DNA of 59,045 bases, taken from the IMG/VR virus record IMGVR_UViG_3300027859_000017, positions 1 to 59,045 of that record, one strand, 5' to 3'. The notes beneath the pieces were generated by a model that was not told the origin of the DNA, made no database searches, and saw only the letters and a list, made by a program, of their open reading frames with translations. Numbering within the stretch: position 1 is the stretch's first letter; the number at the start of each line of letters is the position of its first letter. Positions 28,901 through 38,100 of the stretch are shown piece after piece. Source of the stretch: a virus (Duplodnaviria > Caudoviricetes). Made by a program: the position numbers and the translations under genes.

Positions 28901-30393
28901 ATTGTTATTCTTATGGAAACGGAGTTGAAAGTTATAAAATAAGAGATTCTTTAATTGGACAACCTTTAAAGATGGGTAACAGAGTTACAACTGTTTCTAA
29001 TGTAGATTATAAAGAAGCTCACAGATTTGCAGATTTAACATATAGTGGTGTATTTAATGATGAAACCAATTTAAACAAGCTCAATGAATTTAATTTAGGG
29101 TTATCTAATTTTAAACCACTTGAAGATACTTTTGGACAGATACAATTAATAGACGGTAGAGAAACAGATATACTAACTTTACAAGAAGATAAAATATCAT
29201 ATGTATTATCTGGTAAAAATTTACTTTCTGATGCAGCGGCTGGTGGAGCAATAACATCCATACCAGAAGTATTGGGTACTCAAATTGCAAGATTAGAAAA
29301 ATACGGCATAAGCTTTAATCCAGAAAGTTATGTAAAATGGGGTTATGATAAATACTTTACAGATTCTAAAAGAGGAGCTGTTATACAATTAAAAGGAGGC
29401 TCTTTTAAAAACGAACAACTAACAGTGATTTCAGAAAGAGGAATGAGGTCATGGTTTAGAGATTTGTTTATTGATTCTTTTGATACTCAAAAATTAGGGG
29501 GTTATGACCCTTATATGAATGAATTTGTTTTGAGTTCTAATCAAACTAAAATACCTGTTGTTAGCGAAGCTATAGGCTGTGGTATAACAAAAACATATTT
29601 AGTAAGAGCAGGAACAACTACAGAATTTAATGTAGATGTCGGGGCTTATGTAGGAGATTGTACGGTGGCTTATAATATTGTAAGTGTTGATGGAACAATT
29701 AATATTAGCAATGTTTACAATTCTACTACTACAACTTCAGGAAACGTAAATGTATCAGGGTCTTATACTTTTAATAAAAATTCAGTAAGTGAACAATTAT
29801 CTGAATTTGATGTAACGACTTCAACAGGAACAGCTACAGTAGAAATTACAGTAAGTTGTCCAGATGCAGACATTATAACAATATTCCAAGTTTGTGTTTC
29901 TAATAATAGTGATACAAACCAATTTATACACAACCAATATAGATGGGTTGACGGAACATTCGTTTCTCCATTACATAGCAATCAAATTGAGTTTGCTACA
30001 GGAACAAATAATCCTTTAGTGTCTCAATATGAATCGGTGGTGGGAGGTCAAGGAGCTGGTGTAATACCGGCAAATGGTGCAACCGTAAGTATTATATCTA
30101 ATAAAATAGCACCAACAGATGATTTTGTGTTTGATAATACAGTAGATAAGTTTAGATATTTAAGAACAAACACATTGTATAACAACACTGAAGCTGATAT
30201 AACTAGTTTAATTGCAGCTTCATCATTAGCAACTCCAATAACAGGGGGGCCTAATTCGTATCAGGCATCGTTTACTATGCCGAATACTAGTCAACAATAC
30301 TTATATTTGATATATGATTATAGAAATGGAACATCAGCAACACTATGCTACTCGACAGTAGATGAAACAGATGCGTGTTGTAATTGTCCTTAA
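25957..30393 (+). CDS. Tail stabilisation/nozzle-type protein (N-terminal and central part)
   Basis: MNKGVDERLVPNGEYIDALNV, FAYRYKYEDNEYS, GNRLIYGNY, GISFNPES, YFTDSKRGAV. Confidence 0.7.
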   Translation: MANIQRNFIAGRMNKGVDERLVPNGEYIDALNVRLGSTEETEIGSVENSKGNEQLTQLQFNGTALSSNAKCIGAYEDGANETIYWFIHDSSFSVGATGKLDLIVSYKTDTSTLTYHVISIDDGNGANTTLNFNPSYLMNGINLVDDLLLFTDNNNAPRFINITRNYTNPSSNIDQFSAESLLVIKKPPITSLTVQTVSTNSQENLLEDKFLSFAYRYKYEDNEYSATSQFSAPAFIPKPFNFTTESYTNDGFENLVNQANITFNSGGPLVKEIELLYKDMNSNIIKSIEKLNKLDLGYADNTDYVYNFASNKIFTLLPESEILRLYDNVPLKAKAQTLMGNRLIYGNYIEGYDLVDANNQPVKFEYDTSLVTNEIAEETLTDTTSNGSYSYDGSVTVTNSIVSFDLSGLELVQGASLNFTIRFEHSQFTGGATPTDQTGSTSIEFNYILPQAFSSVYQLASSADFQEKIGTASNILPVYHASNPTSCSGETFTDEFNCAIPGTLDTYNKFDSGITGGGQPLSIITSTSSDSIGIQLLAVRFVDNVTTPTVNVYEYYQITFAEGGYSKIANSTSLHSDRDYEVGIVYMDDYNRATTALVSENNSIHVPCSNSITQNIARVTIPSQQIAPYWATRYKFVLKPDREDYETIYSNIFFYSTQENATYFLLEGENQSKVEIGDRYKVKSDTEGPVLRCTYTTVLDKKALDSTSKEFDPAPTDSTGNAITVPTGTYMKIRANNFTAERDDNQSLTLSDSQTQKNGDSFVILQNLLTREYNSTTSQYDEVTIPAGSIIVINLEFDRPGRNGPFACPEINYKIDDLSLVASQDYTSFKDWFEGDNVIASINNAGVETLETTCTPDGLESIYEPAAATSNTDISTALCNMYYKFYTLGATDKQFLLISGTRSCEGSRTFRKNRASITARFDITRATQLCVFETNPSSESLDLWYESSTSYSINANGNHSGNVQNQNISTGQSGIVDTAFFNCYSYGNGVESYKIRDSLIGQPLKMGNRVTTVSNVDYKEAHRFADLTYSGVFNDETNLNKLNEFNLGLSNFKPLEDTFGQIQLIDGRETDILTLQEDKISYVLSGKNLLSDAAAGGAITSIPEVLGTQIARLEKYGISFNPESYVKWGYDKYFTDSKRGAVIQLKGGSFKNEQLTVISERGMRSWFRDLFIDSFDTQKLGGYDPYMNEFVLSSNQTKIPVVSEAIGCGITKTYLVRAGTTTEFNVDVGAYVGDCTVAYNIVSVDGTINISNVYNSTTTTSGNVNVSGSYTFNKNSVSEQLSEFDVTTSTGTATVEITVSCPDADIITIFQVCVSNNSDTNQFIHNQYRWVDGTFVSPLHSNQIEFATGTNNPLVSQYESVVGGQGAGVIPANGATVSIISNKIAPTDDFVFDNTVDKFRYLRTNTLYNNTEADITSLIAASSLATPITGGPNSYQASFTMPNTSQQYLYLIYDYRNGTSATLCYSTVDETDACCNCP

Positions 30394-30404
30394 AATAAAA
30401 TAGA

Positions 30405-31322
30405 ATGGCAACATCAGGAACATATTATTTAGACGGACCTTCTTTAGCGAGTGCAACAGCTGTGTATACAGATGCTGCATTAACGACTAAAGCAAGCGAT
30501 GGATTTTATTCTAATTCTACAATAGTTAGAGAACAATCTTCTGGGTTATTATTACCTCAGAATGCTTGTCCTAGTTGTGGTATTGCTTGTGGAAGTTTAG
30601 TAAATCCACCTACAGGAGGACAAGGATTGTATCAATTACAATTTGAAGCAGGTTCAACAGCTTCTGATGTAGGAGCGATTGTTATTTATTTTAACCCACA
30701 GAGTGTACCAGACGGAATTAGAGTTTTATATAATAGTGTTTACTATAATGGACTAGCGAGTCCAACAGACGGCTACAGAAAAACCTCGAGTGGTGTATCA
30801 GATGCGTTTACTATATTAGGTGCGCCATCTAATACTTGTGTGCCTACACTTCCTGATACTTCATCATATACATTCTATAATGGTTTTACAGGGTCAAGTT
30901 GGGACGTAGGAACTCCGAGCCCTCAAAATATTACTATAAACTCAGGAGATGATGTACGAGGTGGACAAAATGAATTTAGTACCATTGTTATACCAAAGAT
31001 AGCAGCTACACCTTCAACGGTTACAGTACAGGTTTTAGGACCATGTTCTGGAACTGCATGGAATGTGGAAGTTGCTTGTCCTACAGCCTTACCTTCTTTT
31101 CAAGGGAAAAGCATAGTTGGCACAGGATGTACTACGGCAGATACAACTTATTATTTTGCAGTAAATAGAGGAGGAACGAATACTTATCCGATTGTAAACA
31201 ACTGGGTATTCTCAGATGTAAACGGACAAAATGTATTAGCTAATGGAAATTATTTCATGGATAATAACACAGTAATAACAGTTGCAAGTGGCGTTGTTAC
31301 AACAGTAGTAGCTTGTACTTAA
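30405..31322 (+). CDS. Tail-associated Cys/Thr-rich protein
   Basis: ASDGFYS and LANGNY repeats, CPSC; between the two nozzle-like ORFs. Confidence 0.55.
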   Translation: MATSGTYYLDGPSLASATAVYTDAALTTKASDGFYSNSTIVREQSSGLLLPQNACPSCGIACGSLVNPPTGGQGLYQLQFEAGSTASDVGAIVIYFNPQSVPDGIRVLYNSVYYNGLASPTDGYRKTSSGVSDAFTILGAPSNTCVPTLPDTSSYTFYNGFTGSSWDVGTPSPQNITINSGDDVRGGQNEFSTIVIPKIAATPSTVTVQVLGPCSGTAWNVEVACPTALPSFQGKSIVGTGCTTADTTYYFAVNRGGTNTYPIVNNWVFSDVNGQNVLANGNYFMDNNTVITVASGVVTTVVACT

Positions 31323-31333
31323 AATAAAATAAT

Positions 31334-32146
31334 ATGTCAACAAATTATACATTATCATATAGCGAAGGAGTAAAAGGATTTCCTTCTTTTTATTCTTATA
31401 TACCTGATTTTATGATTGGAATGAATCAATATTTTTATTCATTTAAAGGTGGTAATTTATGGAGACATAATACTAATAATACTAGAAACAATTATTATGG
31501 AGTACAATACAATTCTAAAATTACTAGTGTATTTAATCCTAACCCTTTAGCAAATAAATTATTTAAAACTTTAAACTTAGAAAGCGATGACTCGTGGCAA
31601 GCAACTTTAACTACAGACATACAATTAACTGGTTTTATTGACAGTTCATATTTTGAAAAAAAGGAAGCATCTTGGTTTGCTTTTATAAGAAACAATGGAG
31701 CTACAGGAGCAAATACTACTGAAGCTGAATGGGAGTTAAGGTCTTTAAATGGTATTGGTAAAAGCATTAGTACTTCAGGGACTGCTGCTTCTTATGAAAT
31801 AGGTTTTGCTTTAAGTACTGATATTGGTAGTATTATCAGTGTTGGGGACTTTTTGTACTATAGTCTTCCTCCTTCTTATAGTGCACCTGTGTTTGCAGGA
31901 GTGGTTACTAGTATAAATGTAGATTTACCTAATAGTATAAACAAATTGGTTATTGATTCCACAACACAGTCAGGGACAACTAATCCTATCCCTATTCAAG
32001 ATGCATTTATATTATATATTAAAAACCCTATAGCAGAATCTCACGGAGTATTAGGTCATTATTGCATATTTGAGCTAGAAAACACATCTACAACTCCTAC
32101 AGAACTGTTTGCTGTAGAATCCGATATAATGAAAAGTTATCCTTAA
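31334..32146 (+). CDS. Probable C-terminal segment of tail stabilisation protein encoded separately
   Basis: TLSYSEGVKGFPSFYSYIPD, NNYYGVQY, KLFKTLNLES, FEKKEASWFAFI, ELFAVES. Confidence 0.55.
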   Translation: MSTNYTLSYSEGVKGFPSFYSYIPDFMIGMNQYFYSFKGGNLWRHNTNNTRNNYYGVQYNSKITSVFNPNPLANKLFKTLNLESDDSWQATLTTDIQLTGFIDSSYFEKKEASWFAFIRNNGATGANTTEAEWELRSLNGIGKSISTSGTAASYEIGFALSTDIGSIISVGDFLYYSLPPSYSAPVFAGVVTSINVDLPNSINKLVIDSTTQSGTTNPIPIQDAFILYIKNPIAESHGVLGHYCIFELENTSTTPTELFAVESDIMKSYP

Positions 32147-32154
32147 AAAATTAG

Positions 32155-32162
32155 TATCTTTG
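32155..32162 (+). promoter_or_regulatory. Bacteroidota -7 box TATCTTTG
   Basis: Upstream of the ejection-protein operon, followed by hairpin GTGTATA-CTG-TGTACAC. Confidence 0.65.
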
Positions 32163-32211
32163 CAATGAGGTGTATACTGTGTACACTTTTAATTATAAAA
32201 ATTTTTAGATT

Positions 32212-33189
32212 ATGCCAGTTGATATTATTACAGGTTTAGTAGGAATGGGGCTTTCTTTTGACCAAGCCGCAAAAGCTAGAGACGAGCAGAGAAAAGCAGA
32301 ATTTGAAGCAGAAAAACAGTTGAAAGAAGCTAAAATGCTTTTAGAAAAAAACTTTTATGAAGGCATAGCAATTCCTAAAGAAACTTATGATTTACAAGCA
32401 GATATTTTAAAAACTGCTGGAGAGCAAGCTATATCGGCAGCTCAAGAAGCTGGTGTTAGAGCTACAAGTGTAGCACCTGGTAGAGTATTAGCTGGGTTAA
32501 CAGAAAGTGGTGGAAAAATGAGAGCCGACATGGCCAGTGAATTATTTAAATTAGAAAAAGCTAAAGCTCAAGAAGCCTCACGATTAAGAGATAAAGGTGT
32601 AGATATAAGAGGAGATATTGCAACAGGTGCGGGTCTTGCTGCGGCAGCAGCAGATGTTGCTGAAGCACAAGCTATTACAGGAGGTGCACAAGCAGCGCAA
32701 GTTTTAGGTGAAGAAATATTTGAAGCAACCCCTCTATATGGAAAAGGTCAAAAAGGAAGAATGCTTACAAGAGCACAGCGTAAAGCAGGCGGTTTTGATA
32801 ATTTCCAAAAAGCTCTTGTAGACCAATTTGGAGATGTAGGGATTGGAATTGAAAAAGATGGTGTAGAGTTAAAAATTTCTCAAGCTACAGACGAGAAACA
32901 ATTAATAAATTTTTTAACAGGGCAATCTAAAGAAGATATAGAGAAATTAGGCGGAACTTCTGCTGTGAGAGAATTTATAGATAATTTAGGAGAAGAAGTT
33001 ATGGACATACCTTCAGATATTTTAGATGCTGTTGGTAACATACCTCAATTTTTCGGCAATAATCCTTTTCTTGGAACAGGAGATTATAAAGACCAAGGGC
33101 TGGGCGCATTCTTCAAAACTACTTTTGGTAAAAAAGAAGGTGGTAGTAAATTAGGTAATCTATTTAGAAATATCTTCAAGAAAAAATAA
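32212..33189 (+). CDS. Probable internal virion (ejection) protein
   Basis: Ala/Gly-rich helical protein, first of three of increasing size. Confidence 0.55.
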   Translation: MPVDIITGLVGMGLSFDQAAKARDEQRKAEFEAEKQLKEAKMLLEKNFYEGIAIPKETYDLQADILKTAGEQAISAAQEAGVRATSVAPGRVLAGLTESGGKMRADMASELFKLEKAKAQEASRLRDKGVDIRGDIATGAGLAAAAADVAEAQAITGGAQAAQVLGEEIFEATPLYGKGQKGRMLTRAQRKAGGFDNFQKALVDQFGDVGIGIEKDGVELKISQATDEKQLINFLTGQSKEDIEKLGGTSAVREFIDNLGEEVMDIPSDILDAVGNIPQFFGNNPFLGTGDYKDQGLGAFFKTTFGKKEGGSKLGNLFRNIFKKK

Positions 33190-33194
33190 AATTT

Positions 33195-35093
33195 ATGAGT
33201 TATTATAAATATGCGGAGCGTGATGCTGACTCTCAAGTAAACTGGGGTAAGATTACACGAGACATGACTAATATGCTTGATGAGCAAAAAAAGCTCAAAC
33301 AAGATAAAAGAGACGCTCTGGATAAAGCATCAAGAGAATATGCTCAAAAACTAACAGATGCCCCTATGGGTGATTCTGAATTAATAAACAGATTCACAAC
33401 CAATTATGCAAATGATGCTAGACAATATCATTTAATGGTAGATAATTTATTAAAGTCTGGTAATCTTGACCCTAGAGAATATACATTGATGATGCAAAAC
33501 CTTCAAACAGGTACACAAAATCTTTTTAATTTATCTAAAGAATATAGTGAGCAGTATACTACAGCTATGGAAAGACTAAAAAGCAATGACCCAAATGCAA
33601 GTTCACAAAAATTAGAACAAACTTTATTAGCTTCTATAGAAGGTTATGCAAAACTAGGAAATCATAAAGGATATATTAACCCCACAGATGGCAGTTTATC
33701 GCTGGGAAAAGTTGTTAAAGGAGAAGATGGTGTAGATAAAATGGTATCTCCAGTGAGTGTTTCAGAGTTAAGAAATAGAATAAAAACTCAATATGATTAT
33801 TACAACTACAAAGAAACTATAGATAAAAGAGTGAATAGTTTACCAGCTAAAATTAAATTCAAAGAATTTGAAAGCAAGTATGGTAAAGTACTGTATGGTG
33901 AAGTTGAAGATTTTACTCAATTCAAAGATTATAATGATTGGTTAAATCTACAAACAGACAGCATGATGGAAAACCAATTTAATATATCATCTATATTAAC
34001 TGATGATATTATAGAAACATCTGATGGTAACGAATATCGTTATGTTTCGGAAGAATTTGATGGGGACGGAAAGGTTATTGGTTATGTAGATGCTCGTTCT
34101 GGAGAAAAGGTTGGAGATGCACGAACTGAAGATATGATTGTTATTAGAACTAATGCTGATAGTGGTTTAAGAGAACTTGATTTTACTAAAGACCAAAAAG
34201 AAAAAGTAAGAGATGTTTTAAAACAAGAGATGCACGCTCAACTTCCATATAAGGAAACATTTAAAACTAGAGTAGACCCTGACAAACCTACTACTGAGGA
34301 AAATAAACAAAGAGGTATAGGTAAAGCTCAAGACACAGTTTACAGTAACATTTCTCAACTTTATTATGGGGATGAATCTCAAATTACTGAGGCTATAAAC
34401 AACATTAGAGGTTTATATCCAGATTTAGTTATTAATAGAGATAAAGACGCAGTAACAATTTACAATCAAGCTACAGGAACAACTGAAAAGCTTCCGTTTA
34501 AAACAGCAGGTGGAGACATTATTCCACAAGACCAGTGGGTTAAAGGAAGTGCTAACTTCTTCTTGTCAGACAATGATAAGATTAAGAATATAAATGAGGT
34601 TGCGGGTAGAAATAAAATTGATTTAACTAAACCGTTAAGTGATAAGACAGGTTTTGGCGGTCCTAAAGTCCAACAGCGAGAGGAACTTAACACAACATTT
34701 ACAAGGGTGTTAACTGAAGACTTTGGAACTACAAACGTAGCGCAACCAAAAATGTTTGCGATTGGTGAAGGTGAAGATAAAGCTAAGAAAAGATTACAAA
34801 ATATTATTGTTAGAATCCCTGGATTGCAAAACGCTAAAGTATACCCAGCTATCCCAGGAGCTAATGCAGTAGAAATTACAGTAGATGATAAAACTATTGG
34901 AGGACCATATAGGCTAAACTTAAATACACTAGAAGATATACAAAATTTAGAAAAAGCGATAATTGAATTAGCTTCTCAAAGAGCTAATGCGGCAGAAAAA
35001 GGTATTTATACTGAAGGTAAAGAAAAAATATTTGATGTTGAGGTGGGAATACCAGGAGGACAATCTGACCCAAATAACCCTAATGTTGGATAA
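33195..35093 (+). CDS. Probable internal virion (ejection) protein
   Basis: 632 aa, position in podovirus late operon. Confidence 0.55.
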   Translation: MSYYKYAERDADSQVNWGKITRDMTNMLDEQKKLKQDKRDALDKASREYAQKLTDAPMGDSELINRFTTNYANDARQYHLMVDNLLKSGNLDPREYTLMMQNLQTGTQNLFNLSKEYSEQYTTAMERLKSNDPNASSQKLEQTLLASIEGYAKLGNHKGYINPTDGSLSLGKVVKGEDGVDKMVSPVSVSELRNRIKTQYDYYNYKETIDKRVNSLPAKIKFKEFESKYGKVLYGEVEDFTQFKDYNDWLNLQTDSMMENQFNISSILTDDIIETSDGNEYRYVSEEFDGDGKVIGYVDARSGEKVGDARTEDMIVIRTNADSGLRELDFTKDQKEKVRDVLKQEMHAQLPYKETFKTRVDPDKPTTEENKQRGIGKAQDTVYSNISQLYYGDESQITEAINNIRGLYPDLVINRDKDAVTIYNQATGTTEKLPFKTAGGDIIPQDQWVKGSANFFLSDNDKIKNINEVAGRNKIDLTKPLSDKTGFGGPKVQQREELNTTFTRVLTEDFGTTNVAQPKMFAIGEGEDKAKKRLQNIIVRIPGLQNAKVYPAIPGANAVEITVDDKTIGGPYRLNLNTLEDIQNLEKAIIELASQRANAAEKGIYTEGKEKIFDVEVGIPGGQSDPNNPNVG

Positions 35094-35102
35094 TTATATT
35101 TT

Positions 35103-38100
35103 ATGAACGAAGAGATATTAAAAAATATTTGGAATCAACTTACAGCTGATGGTCTAACAACCAGTGATTTTGAAACTTGGAAGAATAATTTTGCAGGTAG
35201 CGAAGAGATTCAACAAAATGTTCATACTTATTTGTTTAAAAATGGGATGACTAAAAATGATTTAGAAACTTGGTCCTCAAATGTAGGTTTAAAAAAAAAA
35301 GACAATACTCAACAGCAGCCTAAAAAAGAACTCATACCCCAAGAAGATTCTCCAAAACCTTTTGTTATGCCTGAAGTATTTGGTGAACCAATGCCTCAAG
35401 ATTATTTTATATATGGAGAAAAAACTCCAAGACAAGAAATAGATAACTTTATTGAAACAAGAGAGCCTACAGAACAACAAGAGGCTTACGAGTTTCAGCA
35501 GAACGTAGGAGCTGGAACAGGGCTAGGTATTAATGTAATGCAACAGCCTAAAGTTTTTAGCAAACCAGAGTTTAAAGTAAATGAAGATGTTTTATCAAAA
35601 ATAACTCTAGACCCTAATATTCAAAAAGCATTAGAGAAAAATTTAATAACTGAAGAGGATATAAAAAAAGCTTTTGTTGATGGTGATGAAGTTATGCTTA
35701 AAAAAATACAAAGCGTAACCAGAAGAACACCAAAGGAAATAAGAGACTCTTATACAAATAAAAGATTAAATGAAGTTTATACTTATGAAAAAAGCTCAGG
35801 ATTAGATGATAACTTAAATCAAGTCAAAATGAATCTTGATGAAATAAGTATAGATGAAATGTATGGTATTGAAAAACTCAAAAAAATTGATGGTCCTAAA
35901 GGAAAAATAAATATCAAAGATTTTGATGGGTATCTATCAGAACAAGGGTATAAAAAACAATTTAAAAAATATTTAGAGGATGAAACTATTTCACTTGATG
36001 GAAGAGAGTATGATATTTCAGGTAATTTTAATCCTTCGCTTGCAGCAGAAAGATTGCTGTTTACTTATTTAAACAATTATTTAAATAATCAAGTAGAAAG
36101 AAATGTGGACTTTCAAAAACTCCAATACCAAAAAGAAAATGACGGCAGTATGCCAAGTTTAGATGGTGTAGAATTAAGTTATTCATCAGGTGTAGATACT
36201 GAAAAAGTAAAAGAGTTTATACAAGAAAATTTCCCAAGATATGTTCAAAAATTAAAAGCACAAGATGCTAAAAATCAAGAACTATGGCAACAAAGAAAAA
36301 AAGATACAATATGGAATTGGGATGTAGCTGGGAATATATTTGTAGATGCTGCTACCCAAGGAGCTCGTGCATTTAACGATAGAATAGACACCTTATCAGA
36401 GGGGTTTTATAATTTTATAGGCATGGATGGAGCTGCTGATGAAATTAGAATGAACTCTGCTGAAACTAAACTTAATAGGCCTGATTTGATGCGATATGTT
36501 TTAGCTAACGGAAAAGAGGTGGAAGTAGATGGTGTTAAATATTTAGTAGATGATACAGGACAAGTATATTCTACAGCTCATAAACTTAGAGTAACTCACG
36601 TTTTAAGTCCAGGAGAGTATAAAGCTATTACACAAGCAGCTAAGCGTGAAGGTAAAGACACTTATTCATTTAGCGGAATCGGTTTAACTGTTGAAACAGT
36701 AGGTGTTATATCAGATATGTTATTACAGTTGGCAGTTCAAAGAAACGCATCAACTCTTTTAAAAGGTAGTGCTCTTATGGCTTCAAACATAGGGGGTGGT
36801 GTTAAAAAAACTGGAGACTTACTTGCAAGAATACCTATAAAAAGAGATATGTCTGGAATTATAATAGGTCAAGGAACTTTATTTTCCACTAATTTATATG
36901 CTGAGACAAAAACAAGAGCTTTAGAACAAGGATTGTCTGTAGAAAAAGCAGATGAAATTTCTGCCATGGCTGCAAAACAAGGATTTACGTTGGGTGCATT
37001 AACAGCCCCACTATCTCCACAAATGTATGCTATGAATAAAATATTCGGGAAAGAAGCTACAAAAAAAATAAGTAAAGAAATGTTGGATGCTTATGTTTCA
37101 AAAGGTCCACAAGGTTTTCAAGAAGTAGCTAAAAAATATTTAGGTAAAGTGTTGTTTTATAATAAACAAGGTTTAGCAGAAATGTTTCAAGAAAACGTAC
37201 AACAAGGAGGAGAAGCTTTTGTTGTTGCTCCTAATATTAATGAAGTAGCGGGAAAAGAAATAATAAGAGATACAATTTCACTTCAAGAATTTTTAAACAC
37301 TTCTATATTATCATACGCTGCTGGATTTATTATGCCTTTTGGTGGTGATGTTTTTAGTAAAGCTACAGGTAGAGGAGGTGGTGTAGATGGTACTGATAAG
37401 CTTCAGTTATTATCTATATTGGCTGAAGATGTAGATAAAACTACTGAATTATTAAACAGTCAAGTTGCTAAAGGTTTATATACGGAACAACAAGTAAACA
37501 AAATTCTATCTGACATTGAAGTATATAGAAATAGTATAAACAGCATACCTACCAATTTATCTTCACAAACGGGTCTTGAAGTTATGCAAGATTTAAATGA
37601 AATAAACAGACTTGAGCAAAAGAAAAAGAAACTAGATAAAGCTTTTCATGCAGAAATAGATAATGAAATAGAGGGTATAAGAGAAAATATTAGAAAAAAA
37701 GTAGATGCTGATAAACAAGTTGACTCCGAAGTCGAGCCAGAGGTAGAACAAACCCCGCAAGCTATTACTGATGAACAAGTAATAAAAAGAATTACAACTG
37801 AAAAAGATAGTGATGTTTATACTCAAGAAGAGTTTGATAACATGAAAAAGAAAATGGAGCAAGAGCAAGCTGAATCAGATGTAGATACAGAAGTAACTGA
37901 GGAGGCTGAAACTAAAATATTTGAAGAAGGAGAAACAGATATTGAATTTACTAGGACATCTCAACAAGGTGATATTTTTACATACCAACAGGTTGTAACC
38001 GATGAAACAGTGGAGGGTGATGAACAAACTACAGGTGTAAAAAAAGTAGAATATGTAGGGGAAAAGAATAATTCTGGTAGGAAAATAAAAAAAGCCACGG

